Below are positions 11,690-25,282 of a stretch of DNA of 64,000 nt, in pieces. The DNA is from Octopus sinensis (taxonomy: Eukaryota), in assembly GCF_006345805.1 (NCBI RefSeq), contig NC_042999.1, forward strand, positions 102,424,001-102,488,000, given 5' to 3'. The notes beneath the pieces are model-generated. The model was not told the DNA's origin and did no database searches. It saw nothing but the letters and a program-made list of their open reading frames with translations. The translations under genes were made by a program, and so were the position numbers. Within the stretch, counting starts at the first letter, position 1, and every line of letters begins with the position of its first letter.

Positions 11690-12772
11690 TAGTTAACATG
11701 CAGTTTACTCTCGTAAAGAAGGGCAGTAAATCGTCCAAAAAAACCAAAACCAAAACAAAAACAAAAAAAAGAGCAAAAAAGTAAATTGTGTTAGAAACCG
11801 GAAATGACGACAGGGACATCCCATAACTTCATATAAAACAATATATATACGAAACTCCCATGACTATATGTACATCAGTTGAATAATTATTAGTTGAATC
11901 AAAGAATCAAATGGCAAATCTTTTCTGTTTGTTTTTATTTCAATTCCTTCAATTTTGTTCCAATTGATTTCAAATTTCGTTTTTTGTCTAGTTTTGTTTG
12001 CTAATAACAAAAATGAAATTCATCTTTGCCATAAATTAATAAATGAAATAAAGTAAATAGGTTTTAAATTTTGAAAAGTTTGGGTAATTTTAGCCAATCG
12101 AAAGCCACAGATATAAAGGTGCCTGTCTCCATAGTAAAGCTCTCCTGTGATTTCCTGCTTTTACGTATATTGTTGCTACTATGCAAAAATGCCAGCTTTC
12201 AAATCCTGTTTTCTGATTGAGTAAAAATGTTCAAACTTTACACTTTTGTAACATTTTTCTGAAATTTTTCTTGAATAAGCGAATAACGTCATCAAATGCA
12301 GCGTGAAAAATTGCATCAGTATTCAAAATTTGAAAATTTTTACTTAATTTAAAAATTTTAAAAAGTGCAGCCAAACAAAAGATCGCAAGTGGCTCTTTTC
12401 AAAAACGGAATTGACTCTTACACTCCGAATGAATTCACAGGGACAACACCACCGTTTTCCGTCGGTTCTTTCTCCACAGTTCATTAATCATGCAGGATTA
12501 TTGCATTGCTCAAATGCAACTGTTTGGCCATCATGCGTCGACATGCAAACCACCAAATCGCCTTCTCAGTAGCGTTTCTTTGTTGGTTTATAGGTACGTT
12601 GGAACGGTGTACTTCAGTTACTATTTCTGAAATACTTAACACATCACTAGAATGTCCTATACAAGTAGGTCCCTGTGGGCGTGGTACAACGACGGAGCTC
12701 TTGATGTTCTTTTAATGAAATTTTGGTGTGTCATTGTCGTCACTTTCGGTCGGTATCGCAATTTACTTTAAT
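11690..12772. mobile_element. Old MITE-like element with degenerate inverted arms
   Basis: aaagtaaattg..gaa.tgacgaca motif at about 11778-11835 is inverted at about 12712-12770; internal IR at 12075-12112 / 12201-12240; the same motif occurs at about 1995-2050. Confidence 0.45.
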
Positions 12773-13559
12773 TTACTTTCACTTCTTTTCAATGCTAAAG
12801 CACACACACACACACGTCTTCTAACTTGACAAGCACAACCAAATAAGTGCTTGGAGTTTACTTGCAGGTACATGCATATAGGCATGCACCAACCAGTTCA
12901 GATAACCACAAAACCCCAACGTTTCTAGTAACCGGCTTCAATTCTGCAAAGGAAGAAATGCTTAAAGAAGTCACAAAGAACATACATTCAAAACCAATAC
13001 TGTCAGACCATCACAAATTCCCCTTCTTCTACTCATTATGATATGTAAAAGACTTCATTATTCAAATTAATTTCAATATCGGATACCAAACAGCAGATGG
13101 CAAATGGTTATTTTAATAAATAACCCCTTATACTCTTTCCTATTTTCCTACTAGAAGTGCACAGTTAGTCTCAGGGACGTAATTTGACTAAACTGAGAGG
13201 GCTACACTTCTTTCACATTCTTTTCGTTCTTTCTAAAACTTCTTATCTTTTAATGACAAGTTATTTCTATTTGTGCCTTAGAAATAGATGTTACACAAAT
13301 TTCTGCTACATGAAACTAGGAGCAAATTTGTATATGTTAAGCAAATAACACAGTCTATATACATACATGCCACACACAAACACACCCACGCACTCCATAT
13401 ATATGTATTTACATATGTATATGCATATATATATATATATATATATGATTTGTGTGTATGTATATGTATACGATGGATATATTATCGCCATTTTATATAT
13501 TTTTAAATTCGCGCATGTGCATTGTTTGTTTTTGATTTTGTCAACTACACAGAATAACT

Positions 13560-14172
13560 GGGTCAGTTGGGCACTGTCTGTGAGAAAAACAATACCATGA
13601 TGTAATTCACTCAGTCAGAAATTTAGAAACGATATGCTGTACTGCTCGGCATTCGCTCCGGAAGCTCTAATTCGAACATTTCAGAGTGCTTAGGTGTCAG
13701 TCTGAGGAGAGTGCAGAGGATTCGGAAAGAGTTGGTGATTACGAAGGTACGGCAACTCGGAAAACTCACTCTGATCGCTCTGATAGGAAAAGAACTCCTG
13801 AATTTGTTGACGAGATCCAGGCCATGATTGACAACGATCCCTCCAAGTCAATCAGGTCTATCGCCAGGGACATGGGTGTATCTGAGTTTCTTACCAGGCA
13901 ACGTGTGCATGAAGACTTTCGGTATTCCTTATACAAGATGAAGAAAGGCCAATTTGTATTCCAAGACATCAAGGACAAGAGGAAAGACCGCGCTACGAAG
14001 CTTTTGGACAAACTCAAGCATCCCCTCCAACCGAACATAATTTTGTTTTTCTCGGTTGAGAAGAATTTCTGCCAGGATCAGATGGTGAACACAAAAAACA
14101 ACAGTTGGTTTGTCGTGTCACCAAAACATGTACCGAGAGTGACAAAAATCAAACATCCAGTCAACACCATGT
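13560..14172 (+). mobile_element. 5' fragment of a Tc1/mariner-superfamily DD37D (maT-like) transposase
   Basis: ORF 13686-14246 contains RTPEF..IQAMI..DPSKSIRSIARDMGVS (HTH), YKM...Q and FFS(D>V)EKNF.QDQ..N; it is truncated before the second catalytic D. Confidence 0.8.
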
Positions 14173-14231
14173 CTTGTAGATCACATACCAAAGTAGCATC
14201 CTTTTCATTAATATTAAACGGACGTAACAAA

Positions 14232-14355
14232 GTGACTATAGCGTAGGCTCGAAACGTAAAAGACTTTTTCATTTTTCCCGAGCTTCAAACTAATACACTT
14301 GCTTGTTGTTCATACACCTGTCTTTGTCATTCGTTTTTGTATAAATTTCAACTAT
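14232..14355 (+). mobile_element. Penelope-type pLTR remnant with degenerate hammerhead half
   Basis: agcgtaggctcGAAACGTA; the downstream tail is similar to 15707-15850. Confidence 0.4.
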
Positions 14356-14358
14356 ATT

Positions 14359-14392
<34 letters not shown>

Positions 14393-15706
14393 ATTTCACA
14401 GACAACTGTACTGCCAAGCAGACATGAAACCAACGGTGACTTTCTGATCAGTTATATGCCATAATAAAGAACATGCTACTCGACTATATAGAAGTATAAC
14501 TACTCAAATTTTCTTTTAGAGTGTTCTTTCTTCTGGTTTATGGGCATCTAACCGATATCTGTGTGCGAGGGGTGTGGGATGGATGGGTGAGTGTGCGTGC
14601 GTGATGTGTGTGTGCACGCTCATATATTTGTGCACGTATTTAATTAAGATTTTTCATCTTCTTACAACGCAGCCAGGTGTTTTGGCAATTTCTTTTATTG
14701 TCAAATTCAACGATCACTCAATCGGAATCTATAGCATTATAATCGTCGTCGTCGTTATCATCATCATCATCATCCTCTTCATCTTTTTTACAGTTATTTC
14801 TTTTCCGAGCTGGCATCGCATGGACGGCAACTGTTGAGGCAGTATTCAATGGTCGGACTCTCTTCCTGTTGCCCATTCTTTTCTGTTTTTATTTTTCAAG
14901 CAGGATACTTTCAATTTCACTGGTCTTTATTTTACAATGGAACTTTGAGTTCTGGAGCATACTGCTCACAAGGAACGTAAACATTGTCATCGTTTTTTAC
15001 TCACACAGTGACAATGTGAAGAAACGCAGAAACACACTCACGCGCGCAAACAGACACACTCACACTCTTTCTTGTAGCAAAACAACACCTTTAGCTAAAG
15101 AGAAACTTCAAAAGCAATTCAAATAAAGGCAGGGAGAGGTCGGGAAGCTTTGTTGTGACTTGATAGCTTTCCTTCATGTAGCTCTTTGCTAGTTTATCTC
15201 AATATCACTTTCATACCCTCTCTCTTGCATGTTTACTCAGCCTCTCACTTCTTAGAATCCTCTGTCTGTCTATCTCTCTGTATCTCTTTGTATCTCTCTC
15301 TTCTTTCTCTCTAGTTCTCTCGTGTTTTTTCTCTATCTATCGGTCATTTCTTTGTCTCTTTTCTAATTCCGTAACTTTCTCCATTCATCATTATCAACAC
15401 CTACGTCACTGTTGGTGCCCGCTATTATAAAAACTAGCTGTTTATTTCTTACTTAGTTTAAGTTACTTGTTTTATCTCTTAGCAAAATGTAGATGTTGGA
15501 ACTTTTGCACACACACACACACACACACAGATACACATTCACACACGCATTAACATGCACACACAACACATACACATATACACATTCACACACGTACTTC
15601 ATGCTCACACATATATACATATATTCACATACACACGTTTAACTATGTGTGTTTGTATTATATGCATAGTTTTATAAATGTACGGACTTTTTTCTCTTTC
15701 CTCTTT

Positions 15707-15733
15707 CTGACGAAGAACCATGCTCGAAACGTC
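15707..15733 (+). ncRNA. Minimal hammerhead ribozyme core (Penelope pLTR-like)
   Basis: CTGACGA-agaac cat gctc-GAAA-CGTC; the core is intact but stem I is not evident. Confidence 0.45.
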
Positions 15734-16399
15734 ACAACTAATCCTTTTCCTTCTTGAACTTTCTCTCAGCGTCAATCTAATATATTCACTGTGTACAACT
15801 TTTTAACTTTTTGTCGTTTTTCTTGTTTTTGTTTTTATTTTTGATTTATATGTATATATGTGTATATGCGTGCGTGCTTGCGCGCGTTTGTGTGTGTCCA
15901 GAAGTCCAGATGTAGCCTAGAACTGCTGTTGAATTCACTGGCTCAACTAAGAATCCAGTGGCTCTTTCCTAAAAGTTATCTTTGTGTTACTAGTTAGACG
16001 TGGATGTGACTGAGTATTGGACTGCCTGGGCAAATCAAGATCATGATGATGATCATCATCATTTAACACCTATTTTCCTTGCTGACTTGGGTTGGATAGT
16101 TTAAGAGGAATCAGCAAGCTACAAGGCCATGTTGAGCTCTAATGTCTGCTTTGGCATGGTTTCTGTGGCTGGATGCCCTTCCTAACACTAGCCACTTAAC
16201 AAAATGTACTGGGTGCTTTCTTTTTGTGCCGCCAGCACCAGTGAGGTTACCAAGTACTTGCTAGACAAGAAAAGAACAGGAAGAAGGAAAAAAAACCCCT
16301 CTAACTAAATGGGAAATGGATGTTTGAGAAGAGAAGGGATGATAGTTCAAGCATGCACGTGCACACACGCACACATCTATATACGCACATACCCGCAGG

Positions 16400-16760
16400 T
16401 TTGTGTGTATATAGATGTGTGCGTGCATGTGAGTATGTGTGTATACAGACGTGTTTTACTCATTGTTTTTTTTTACACTTTTCCCTGTATTTTTGCCTTT
16501 AGCCATGCTTCTTCTTGTGCATGTGCGTATATAGACGTGTGTATGAACTATATATGCGTGCGCGTATATAGACGTGTGCGGGTATGCGCGTATATAGACG
16601 TGCGTGTGTGTGTGTGCGTGCATACGGGTATGTCGTATATAGACGTGTTTTACTCTTATTGCTTGTATCTTTTTTTATACTTCTTTACACTTTCTGTATT
16701 GTTGCCCTTGGCCCTGTTTTTTTCTTGTGCTTGTGCGTATATAGACGTGTGTGTGTGTGG
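16400..16760. repeat. Degenerate minisatellite with recurring tatagacgtg motif
   Basis: The motif recurs about 7 times among (GT)/(GC) runs. Confidence 0.7.
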
Positions 16761-17162
16761 GGATTATATATATATATACATATTTTTTTTTGCAAATGGT
16801 GTGGGGGAGAATGTGTATGTTTCAAGTGAGGGTGGATGAGTGTATACTTATAGGCGCATGAACGTGGGTGTGCGGGCGCGCATGTGTAGGTATGGACATG
16901 CGCGCTTACGCGAATACTATGTATAATTTTACCTCCTTACTTTTACTCCCTCCCTTCACTTAGCGGTCATTCAAATAGCTCTTTTGTCTTAATAACGGTC
17001 AATCACACAGTAATTTCCCTTTGGTTTAACGGTCATTTTCATGGCATTATTTTTTCCAATGACCGGATAACTGAAGGGATGGCAGCTTGGATTTCCACCT
17101 CGACATCCAAAACTCAGAGTTTTATCATGGCTACCAAATAATTGTCACATATTACCTTTACA

Positions 17163-17163
17163 G

Positions 17164-17253
<90 letters not shown>

Positions 17254-17260
17254 TATATAT
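17163..17260. repeat. (TA)n microsatellite
   Basis: Direct reading. Confidence 0.97.
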
Positions 17261-17996
17261 GAATCTCTTCATGATTGAATGCTTTGTTGAATAATTCTGC
17301 TGTATTTTCTCATGCCTAAATATAACATTTTAAGTAAGAGAAACTGAATAAGGTCATGTTTAAGATATTAACATTATATGATGAACATATCTTTATTATC
17401 AAAGAATATTTTTAGAAAATTGCTGTCACAGCTCATTATAGCTATAGAATTCCAGAGGGGAATTAAATTTTAAAACATAATTAGTATGAACATGATTTTC
17501 TAATGGTTTCTTTCTCTTTTTTTTTTTGTTTTGGTTTGCTTTATGTTATAAAATACAATCATTTAAAGTTTTCAGATATAATTCCCTTTAGAATATTTTG
17601 GTAATATTTTAAATGTCAATAATGTATAACAGTAATTATATAAATGTAGGAATAATTGATATCTTTATTGCCTATAGCTCCTACATAATTTCCAGAACTG
17701 ATTAACTACTGTCCTTTTGAAAGAGGAAATTTGTGAAATACCATTTTTGATAAGATGCAAAACCTCTACACCGGATGTATAACACAAAATCTTTTTTTTT
17801 TCTAGATCTTTGACCAAGATCAATCTGTTTTTGATTGCATAACTCTGATGGATGACATACAACAGTTGATATTTGAATGACAAAATGACATAGAAAATAA
17901 AACAATCTACTGACTTGTATGGGATACAAATATATACGTGGTTACATGAAATAAGGTGATCTTTGTTACTGTTTAACCTCCAGGTCAGCCTATAAT

Positions 17997-18608
17997 CATT
18001 TAGCATTCACATTATTCTATCAAAAGTAAGACTTATTTATTCATACTATTTTGAATTAATCATTCATCTTGTAGCTTTAAGATTTTGATGAGGTAACTGT
18101 TAATTTTTAGAATAATATTGTAGGCGTAGGAGTGGTAAGTAGCTTGCTTACTAACCACATTGTCTTGGGTTCAGTCCCACTGCATGGCACCTTGGCACCT
18201 TTTACTATAGCCTTGGGCTGACCAAAGCCTTGTGAGTGGATTTGGTACATGGAAACTGAAACAAGCCCATCGTATATATGCATATATATATGTGTGCGTG
18301 TGTATGTTTGTGTGTCTGGGTTTTTGTCCCCCCAATATCACTTGACAACTGTTGCTGGTATGTTTACATCCCCGTAACTTAGTGGTTCAGTAAAAGAGAC
18401 TGATACAATAAGTACTAAGCTTACAAAGAATAAGTCCTGGGGTCGACTTGCTCGACTAAATGCAGTGCTCCAGCATGGCCACTGTCAAATGACTGAAACA
18501 AGTAAAAAGAGTAGGATTAAGGTGAGAGACCACATCTGGCCAGTTTGAACATAAAACAGGTAGAATATTTTGGCTGGAAATGGTCAGTTTAAATTCTAAA
18601 GAGATAAC
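17997..18608. mobile_element. TTAA-type MITE copy interrupted by a family A SINE (18121-18512)
   Basis: The flanking halves match 21887-22097 collinearly; gtagg is duplicated around the SINE. Confidence 0.75.
18121..18512 (+). mobile_element. Family A CORE-type SINE
   Basis: Homologous to 40329-40733. Confidence 0.9.
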
Positions 18609-19259
18609 AAAATCATTGCAGTCATGATCACATTACAGAATATAGTGTGCCTTTTCTTTAAAGATAATAACATATGGTTTCAGTGTAACTTGGATGTTAT
18701 TTCTTGCAAGTCAAATAACCATGTAGAGTCCTCCATCATTGGCTCACTTACAAGCTTCCTTGTTAGCTCATAAGTTAATTCCTTTTAGAACTTGATCAAT
18801 GTTGCATAAAAATGTGTATGAGGAAACTTGGTTGAAAATTATAGGTGGAATAGTATTGTTTATAATTCACTTGATTGATTTGAAAATATCTTATTGATTT
18901 TTAAGCGATTGCTTTTAGATCACAAGGTTAGCTTTAGCAGCTGAACATCTTGGATTGGTTGATTGCAGTAGAAACAATAGAAAATTATATTTGATGGTAT
19001 TAGACTTGAATTTCTTGGCTGTTTAATAAAAGAAAAAAATTTTTTAAATAAACTAACGTAACATGTGGTGCAAATAGATGAAACATGCTGAGTAAAGAAA
19101 AAAAATATAAATAGATGTGTGTGCTATTGGTGCAGGATGCTACATATATGGAAGATGAATGAGAATGAGATGTGAGCAGAAGTGGTTGTTGCATCACCTC
19201 ACATATGATGAAACATTGAAATGGGTGGTAACATGCACAGAGAAAATGGACATTGGAAT

Positions 19260-19272
19260 TATGATAATAATG

Positions 19273-19307
<35 letters not shown>

Positions 19308-19650
19308 GATGATAATAATAATGATAATGATAATGATGATGATGACGATGACAATGATGACAGTGGCATTGCTGCTACTACTGCGGCTACTGCTGCTGCT
19401 GCTGGTGATAATGATAGTGATGATGATGGCAACAACGATGAAGATTATGCTGCTACAGCCAATGATGGCAATGGTGGTGCTGCTGCTGTTGATAATGACA
19501 ATAATAATGATAATGACAATAATAATGATAATGACAATAATAATGATAATGACAATAATAATGATAATGACAATAATAATGATAATGACAATAATAATGA
19601 TAATGATGATGATAAAGAGGAGTAGGAGAAGCAGTAGGAGGAGGAGGATA
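19260..19650. repeat. Complex trinucleotide repeat (AAT/GAT/GCT) with an 18-bp higher-order unit gataatgacaataataat
   Basis: Direct reading; source of the poly-N/D and poly-I/M ORFs. Confidence 0.95.
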
Positions 19651-19892
19651 TTGGTAGTGATGTATCAGAAACAATAGAACATTAGATTAAATGTGTTATG
19701 GTTTTTGGTTTCATTTGCCTACATTCGTTGTTGTTGTTGTGTTGTTGTTGTTGTTGTTGTTACTGCTGTTATTTAGGCCCTAGGTCAGTACTGTTCTTAT
19801 GATCAAAAGTATAAGTATTCTAGCTCTGATCCTCCAGTCCATTTTCTTTTTTGTCAGATATAATGTATTTAAGACTACATTTTCAATGAAAT

Positions 19893-20203
19893 AAAAAGGC
19901 ATTGGGGGGGGGGGGGTGATGCATAACCTGCATGCAGATAAATTTTTTCACAAGTTATAGTGTGGCTTACAATTTGTTGCTTACCCACACTTTTTAATTG
20001 AGCTGAAGTAATTTTTTTTTTAAGTATCACCATTACAGGTGCTTATACTCTGGTGAAATTAAGAAATCAACTCATAAATAAATGAAACCCTCTAATCCAT
20101 CACTGTACACACACACACACACACATCTATGTATGTATTTATGTATGTTTGAAGATAAGCCAAATCAACTTGTAAATGAATGAAATCCTCTAATCCATCA
20201 CTG

Positions 20204-20244
<41 letters not shown>

Positions 20245-20800
20245 CACACACACACACACATCTATGTATGTACCAACATGTGTCTATGTGCATCGGTACA
20301 CATGCAGACGAAGGTCAATTAATATGAAAAAACAAGTGAACAAGATGAAATACTTAGAGAGAAAATATTGCATAGAATTTAAGTGTTTTCAACATCTTTC
20401 AATGATGGCAGGTGAATCAAATGTACTGTAGTTTGTTGTAGGATATAGATAATATGACCACTTATCAGGAAATTTGTAAGATCGATTTAAAAAAAAAAAT
20501 TTTTTTAAGTATCACCATTACAGGTACTTATACTCTGGTGAAATTAAGAAATCAACTTGTAAATAAAGGAAACCCTCTAATCCATCACTGTTCACACACA
20601 TCTATGTATGTATTTATGTATGTTTGAAGATAATCAAACCAAATTTTCATAATTTTGAGTCACTTACCCAATGAATATTGCTGCCAAATTTGGTGAAAAT
20701 CCGTTCAGCCGTTTTCTAGTAATTTTGCAAACACACAGACAAACAGACAAAGATGAGTGATTACAATACCTTACTTTTGCTTACATGCGCAAGGTAATAA
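19893..20800 (-). mobile_element. HINE/DINE-1-like non-autonomous Helentron element with internal duplication
   Basis: The minus strand starts ttattaccttgcgc...aaggta (short IR), then (gtct)-type microsatellite and aaaacggctgaacggattttcaccaaattt core; the 3' end is gcat...atgc hairpin then T-run. A ~140-bp internal segment is duplicated (20010-20158 and 20498-20633). Confidence 0.6.
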
Positions 20801-21029
20801 GTTTGTATATATTTTTAAAGAGAATAAACTTCATGGAATTTAAGATAAATTTAGTTGCTATTTGTAGCTTGTCGAGTGTCAGCATGGAGACTCTCTTAAT
20901 GGTGCCTATCCATGAAAATCCCATTTTGAAGTGTTAGTAATATCCTATTATTTTTTAATAGTAAGGTCAATTTATTAATTATGATCCCTACCTGCCCAAA
21001 TTAACCTATAATGCTTAAATGAAGAACTA

Positions 21030-21245
21030 ATATTAGTTTCAAAGTTTGGTGTAAGGCCAGAAATTTCAGGAGAAGGGGCAAGTCGATTACATCGACCCCC
21101 CACTACTCTACTGGTTCTTATTTTATTGACCCTAAAGCAAAGTCAATCTCAGGAGGGTTTGAACTCAGAATGTGAGGATGGACAAAATGCCACTAAGTAA
21201 TTTGCCAGGCACACTAACGATTCTGCCAGCTTGCCACCTTGCCAC
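21030..21245 (-). mobile_element. Family B SINE
   Basis: Homologous to 39219-39430; imperfect TSD aaga(a/t)ctaat(a/g)tta. Confidence 0.8.
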
Positions 21246-21479
21246 CTTGCAAAGATCTAATGTTACTACAATCTCACATGTAATCTTCCTTGTCGTTTCT
21301 CTATCTGCCAAAAATAGCAGCCAAAGTTCCCTCAAATCTTAGAAATAGATACATCTGATAACCTGGTCCAGGGTTTCCTGCACATACATCGAAGACTGGA
21401 ATGACCACCAGCTGGTATACCTTTGATGATGGGTGCATATACCCAGGGTGACCTGCAGTTAAACAATAACAACAACTGG

Positions 21480-21878
21480 CACTTGAGCCCCATGCTAGTA
21501 GGGTGCTAAGATCACCATCCGAGTGTGATCGTTGTCAGAGCGGCTAACTAGCTTCTATGCCGGTGGCACGTAAAAGGCACCATTCGAGCGTGATCATTAC
21601 CAGCATTGCCTTACTTGCACTTGTACCGGTGGCATGTGTAAAAAGATTCGAGTGTGGCTGTTGCCAGTACCGCCTGACTGGCTGCCATGCCTGTGGCACG
21701 TAAAAGCATCCACTACACTCTCGGAGTGGTTGGTGTTAGGAAGGTCATCCAGCTGTAGAAATTCTGCCAGATCAAGATTGGAGCCTGGTGCAGCCATCTG
21801 CTTCGCCAGCCCTCAGTCAAATCGTCCAACCCATGCCAGCATGGAAAATGGACGTTAAATGATGATGATGATGATGAC
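21480..21878 (+). mobile_element. RTE LINE 3' UTR fragment or RTE-tail SINE with (GAT)n tail
   Basis: Matches the 3' end of the RTE at 47550-47744. Similar copies lie at 27635-28025(+), 28255-28400(+), 22780-23020(+), 16055-16270(-), 28800-29000(-), 53665-53890(-) and 58395-58650(-). Confidence 0.88.
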
Positions 21879-21886
21879 TACATTAA

Positions 21887-22097
21887 CCCGTTAACATTCA
21901 GATTATTCTGTCAAATGTAATGCATATTTATTCACATTGCTTTGTATTAATCATGTATTGTAGCTCTGAGATTTCAATGGTGTGATTGTTTTTAGAATAA
22001 CATTGTAGGGTAGGTGTAAGAGGCCAGATCTGGCCAGTTTAAACATAAAACAGGTAGAATATTTGGGCCTGATACGGCCAGTTTGAATGCTGAAAGG
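21887..22097. mobile_element. Non-autonomous TTAA-targeting (piggyBac-like) MITE
   Basis: TTAA at 21883-21886 and 22098-22101; imperfect TIR cccgttaacattca / tgaatgctgaaagg. Confidence 0.75.
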
Positions 22098-23749
22098 TTA
22101 AGATATGATGGCACGAAACTAATGTCAATTCTTTGCTTAAGCTTTAAATGCCAATTAATTTGGGCAGGCAGGGGTCATAATTAGTAAAACTGACCCCACT
22201 ATTTTAAAAATAAATGATAGGATATGATTAACACTTAAGAAAGGCTTGTACTAAACTGATATGAACACTTGTTAATGAATGGATGGGAGGAGTCTATACT
22301 GTTGAGCTAGAAATAGCGACCACATTCTCTAAAATCATATTTCTCTGGTGTTTGAAAACAGAAAGGACACATTTGACAATGTAGTCCTAGATACTGTATT
22401 TGATGATCAAGAATATGCACAGCATATTAGACGCAACCCAATTTCAGTAACCCCATTCATTTTGGTAGTCTGCCCCACCCCAACACTTATTTATCTTCCC
22501 ATACAATCTTACAAACCACCCATCCACCTACCCACATCTACTCAGCTTTTGCCTTGTGGGGCCACCTGGGTGACTTAACACCATTCAATGCTTTACAGCT
22601 CCTACTGATCAATCCCCACCCACTGTTTTTTTACCCATACTAGATGTGAGTAACCATGCAGGTCTCTCTGTAGGAATCTTCTCTGCCTCACCTTACTCAT
22701 AGTAATCCTCTCATCTCCAAGCATGAAGCTAACCACTCATCTGTCCCAGAGCTCATAATACTGTGAATTGCATGGTGACCTGAATAGTGCAGATGGCACA
22801 AACAAAAATACCGAAAAACCCACCCAGTCCATGCTGTAATGTGGTCAGCAGTAAGAAAGGCATCTAACCAAAGAATAAAACAAAAAACCTATGCTAAAGC
22901 AGACTTTGGAGTTTGATGCAGTCCTTGGATACATCAGTTTCCTGTCAAACCATCCAACGTATGCTAGCATGGAACATGGATGTTAAATGATGATTGATGA
23001 TGATGATGATGATGATGATTTTGCTTTCAAATTTTGGCACAAGGCTAACAATTTCAGGGGAGGGATAAGTCAATTACATCAATCCCAGTGCTCAACAGGT
23101 GCTTAGTTTATCGACCCCAAAAGGATGGAAAACAAAATCAACCTTGGTGGATGATGATGATGATATAATCAAGGTATAACAGGTGTAGCCATTATTTCGA
23201 ACTCACTAACTTCAAGTCATTAATATAGTTTTTAACCTACAAGTTGCTGTGCTTTTATAATTCCTTTTAAGTGATGTGAATTTTATTTAAATATCATTGA
23301 GTTTGGTATTTAATGGTAATGGCAATTGTTATACGCCTACATATAATTCTTTACCATTTCTCCAAATGTCCATCATAGATTTCCAATAAAGAATTTAATA
23401 TCAAAGCTATCAAAATTCTCCCTTACAGCATGAGTTCCATTGAGTTTGGAAATGGTATCTTAAAGAGAATCAGTCTTTATGATCTTTTGGCTTTGATTCT
23501 CATCCAAAGGATTTCAAACTGATTCAAAAGGAAAGATTTTTAATTCAAAGGCCACTCACTTAAAGCTATCATCGAATTAAATCTGATATTCTTAATCTCT
23601 AGAAGATTATATAACTTTGAGAAGAAAAAGAGTTATAAAGTATTTACTAAAAGAACCGATTTCTTTACATTAACAAAAAAAAAAAAAATAAATTAGCTAT
23701 AACTTCTTGGGGGTAACAACTACAAAATATAGATTATACTGTGTGTATA

Positions 23750-23972
23750 TCATCATCATCATCATCAACATTATCGTCATCATCACCAGTATCATCATCA
23801 CCATCACTACTGCTGCTGCCCCCTCCCCACCACTACCACCACAACCGCAATCACAATGACGTTGATGATAACGACAACAATGACGATGGCCACCAGCAGC
23901 AGCAGCAGCAGCAGCACCACCACCACCACCACCACCACCACCACCACCACCACCACCATCATCATCATCATT
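23750..23972. repeat. (CAT)/(CAC)/(CAG)n trinucleotide tract
   Basis: Direct reading. Confidence 0.95.
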
Positions 23973-24609
23973 TTACTTTTGCTTTTCCATGCTTGCATAG
24001 ATTGAATGGGGTCTTCTCCAGTGCAATGTCATGCCACTTATTGCAGTCTTTTATCATTCCTTCATCCCTGTTGGAAGTCGTCCAGCTTCCTGATGTCAAT
24101 CTTTCTATATCTTCTCATGTCTACCTTCGTCTTCTTCTACTGCATGCTACTTCTACATTGATTGCTTAGCAGTCCATCAATGCCTTTATCTGTCACAAAG
24201 ATTTCTGTGTGTCTGATCAAACATCATTAAATTCACCATTCTCTGTGTAGTTGAGGAATTCATCTGTGGATTGTAATAGTTTCTGCTCAGCATGATGGAC
24301 AAAATGCTTAGCAGTATTTCATCTGTTTTTATGTTCTGAGTTCAAACTCCACCAAGATCAACTTTGCCTTTTATCCTTTCAGGGTCCAATGAAATAAATA
24401 CCAGTTGATCACTGAGATCCAGGTAATCAACTAGCTAGAAGGGATATGTTGATTGCATCAACCTCAGTGCTCAGTTGGTATTTATTTTATCGACCCCCAA
24501 AAGGAAGTTGGGCAAAGTCAATCCCAGCAGCATTTGAACTCAGAATGTAAAGTTGGTGGAAGACCTGCTTCTAAGCATGTTGTCCAGAGTGAACAAAATA
24601 ATAATAAAA

Positions 24610-24931
24610 AGGTAAAGACCCCTCTGGTCATGAATGACCATGGGATTGCACCTAGAAAGTTACCCTCTGAGGCATAAGTCTGGGAAAGGTTGTTTATGGA
24701 AGACCAGCAGTCACCCATGCATACCAGCCTCCCCTCTCCATGCCACCAATGTTATCCAAGGGAAAGGTAAAGGCTGACACAGCTTGGTGCCAGTGATGTC
24801 TCAACTCATTTCTATAGCTGAGTGAACTGGAGCAACACAAAATAAAGTGCCTTGCTCCTGAACACAACATACAGCCTAGTCTAGGAATTGAACTCATTAC
24901 CTCATGACTGTGAGCCCAACACTCTAACCAC
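24610..24931 (-). mobile_element. tRNA-derived SINE (family D)
   Basis: tRNA-like head at the right end (gtggttagagtg...gagttcaattcc on the minus strand) and ttgctccagttcactcagct central domain; homologues at 54000-54324 and 27330-27578. Confidence 0.8.
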
Positions 24932-25282
24932 CTTCACTAAAATAATAATAATAATAATGATACAAATGATTAATTTATTTGCTGTTGGGGCACCAGATGG
25001 TAGTGATAGGAACATTACAATAACAGTTTACAATTTGTGTAGGGATTTACATAAAAAAATGAGGGTAAAGAAAGGGACAGGAGGACAAAATGAGATAAAA
25101 GTATATATAACATATGAAGTATATGAACAGATGAATGATGCAGTTCTCCTGATACAGGTGAACCTACAACTAGAGCCAATCAAGGAACCACACAGATCCA
25201 AGATCACCCTGACTACTTGGCCAACTGTTGTTCTCCAGTCTGTAGGTATGGACCTCTATACACTGACACATAAATGGAACAT

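Larger units (their letters stand above)
20929..22236. mobile_element. MITE with ~110-bp inverted termini holding nested insertions
   Basis: 20929-21040 is the reverse complement of 22114-22236. Confidence 0.65.

Noticed and set aside
19159-19677. Overlapping 172-aa and 134-aa ORFs (poly-I/M, poly-N/D)
   Set aside because: Translations of trinucleotide microsatellite; open in several frames, with no splice or domain evidence.
23741-24169. Poly-Q/poly-H ORF resembling a transcription factor tract
   Set aside because: The microsatellite runs into the (CAT)n tail of a minus-strand RTE-type repeat; no domain.
25158-25245. AG...GT-bounded 88-nt open segment as an exon
   Set aside because: Weak polypyrimidine tract, no recognisable peptide, and it lies among repeats.
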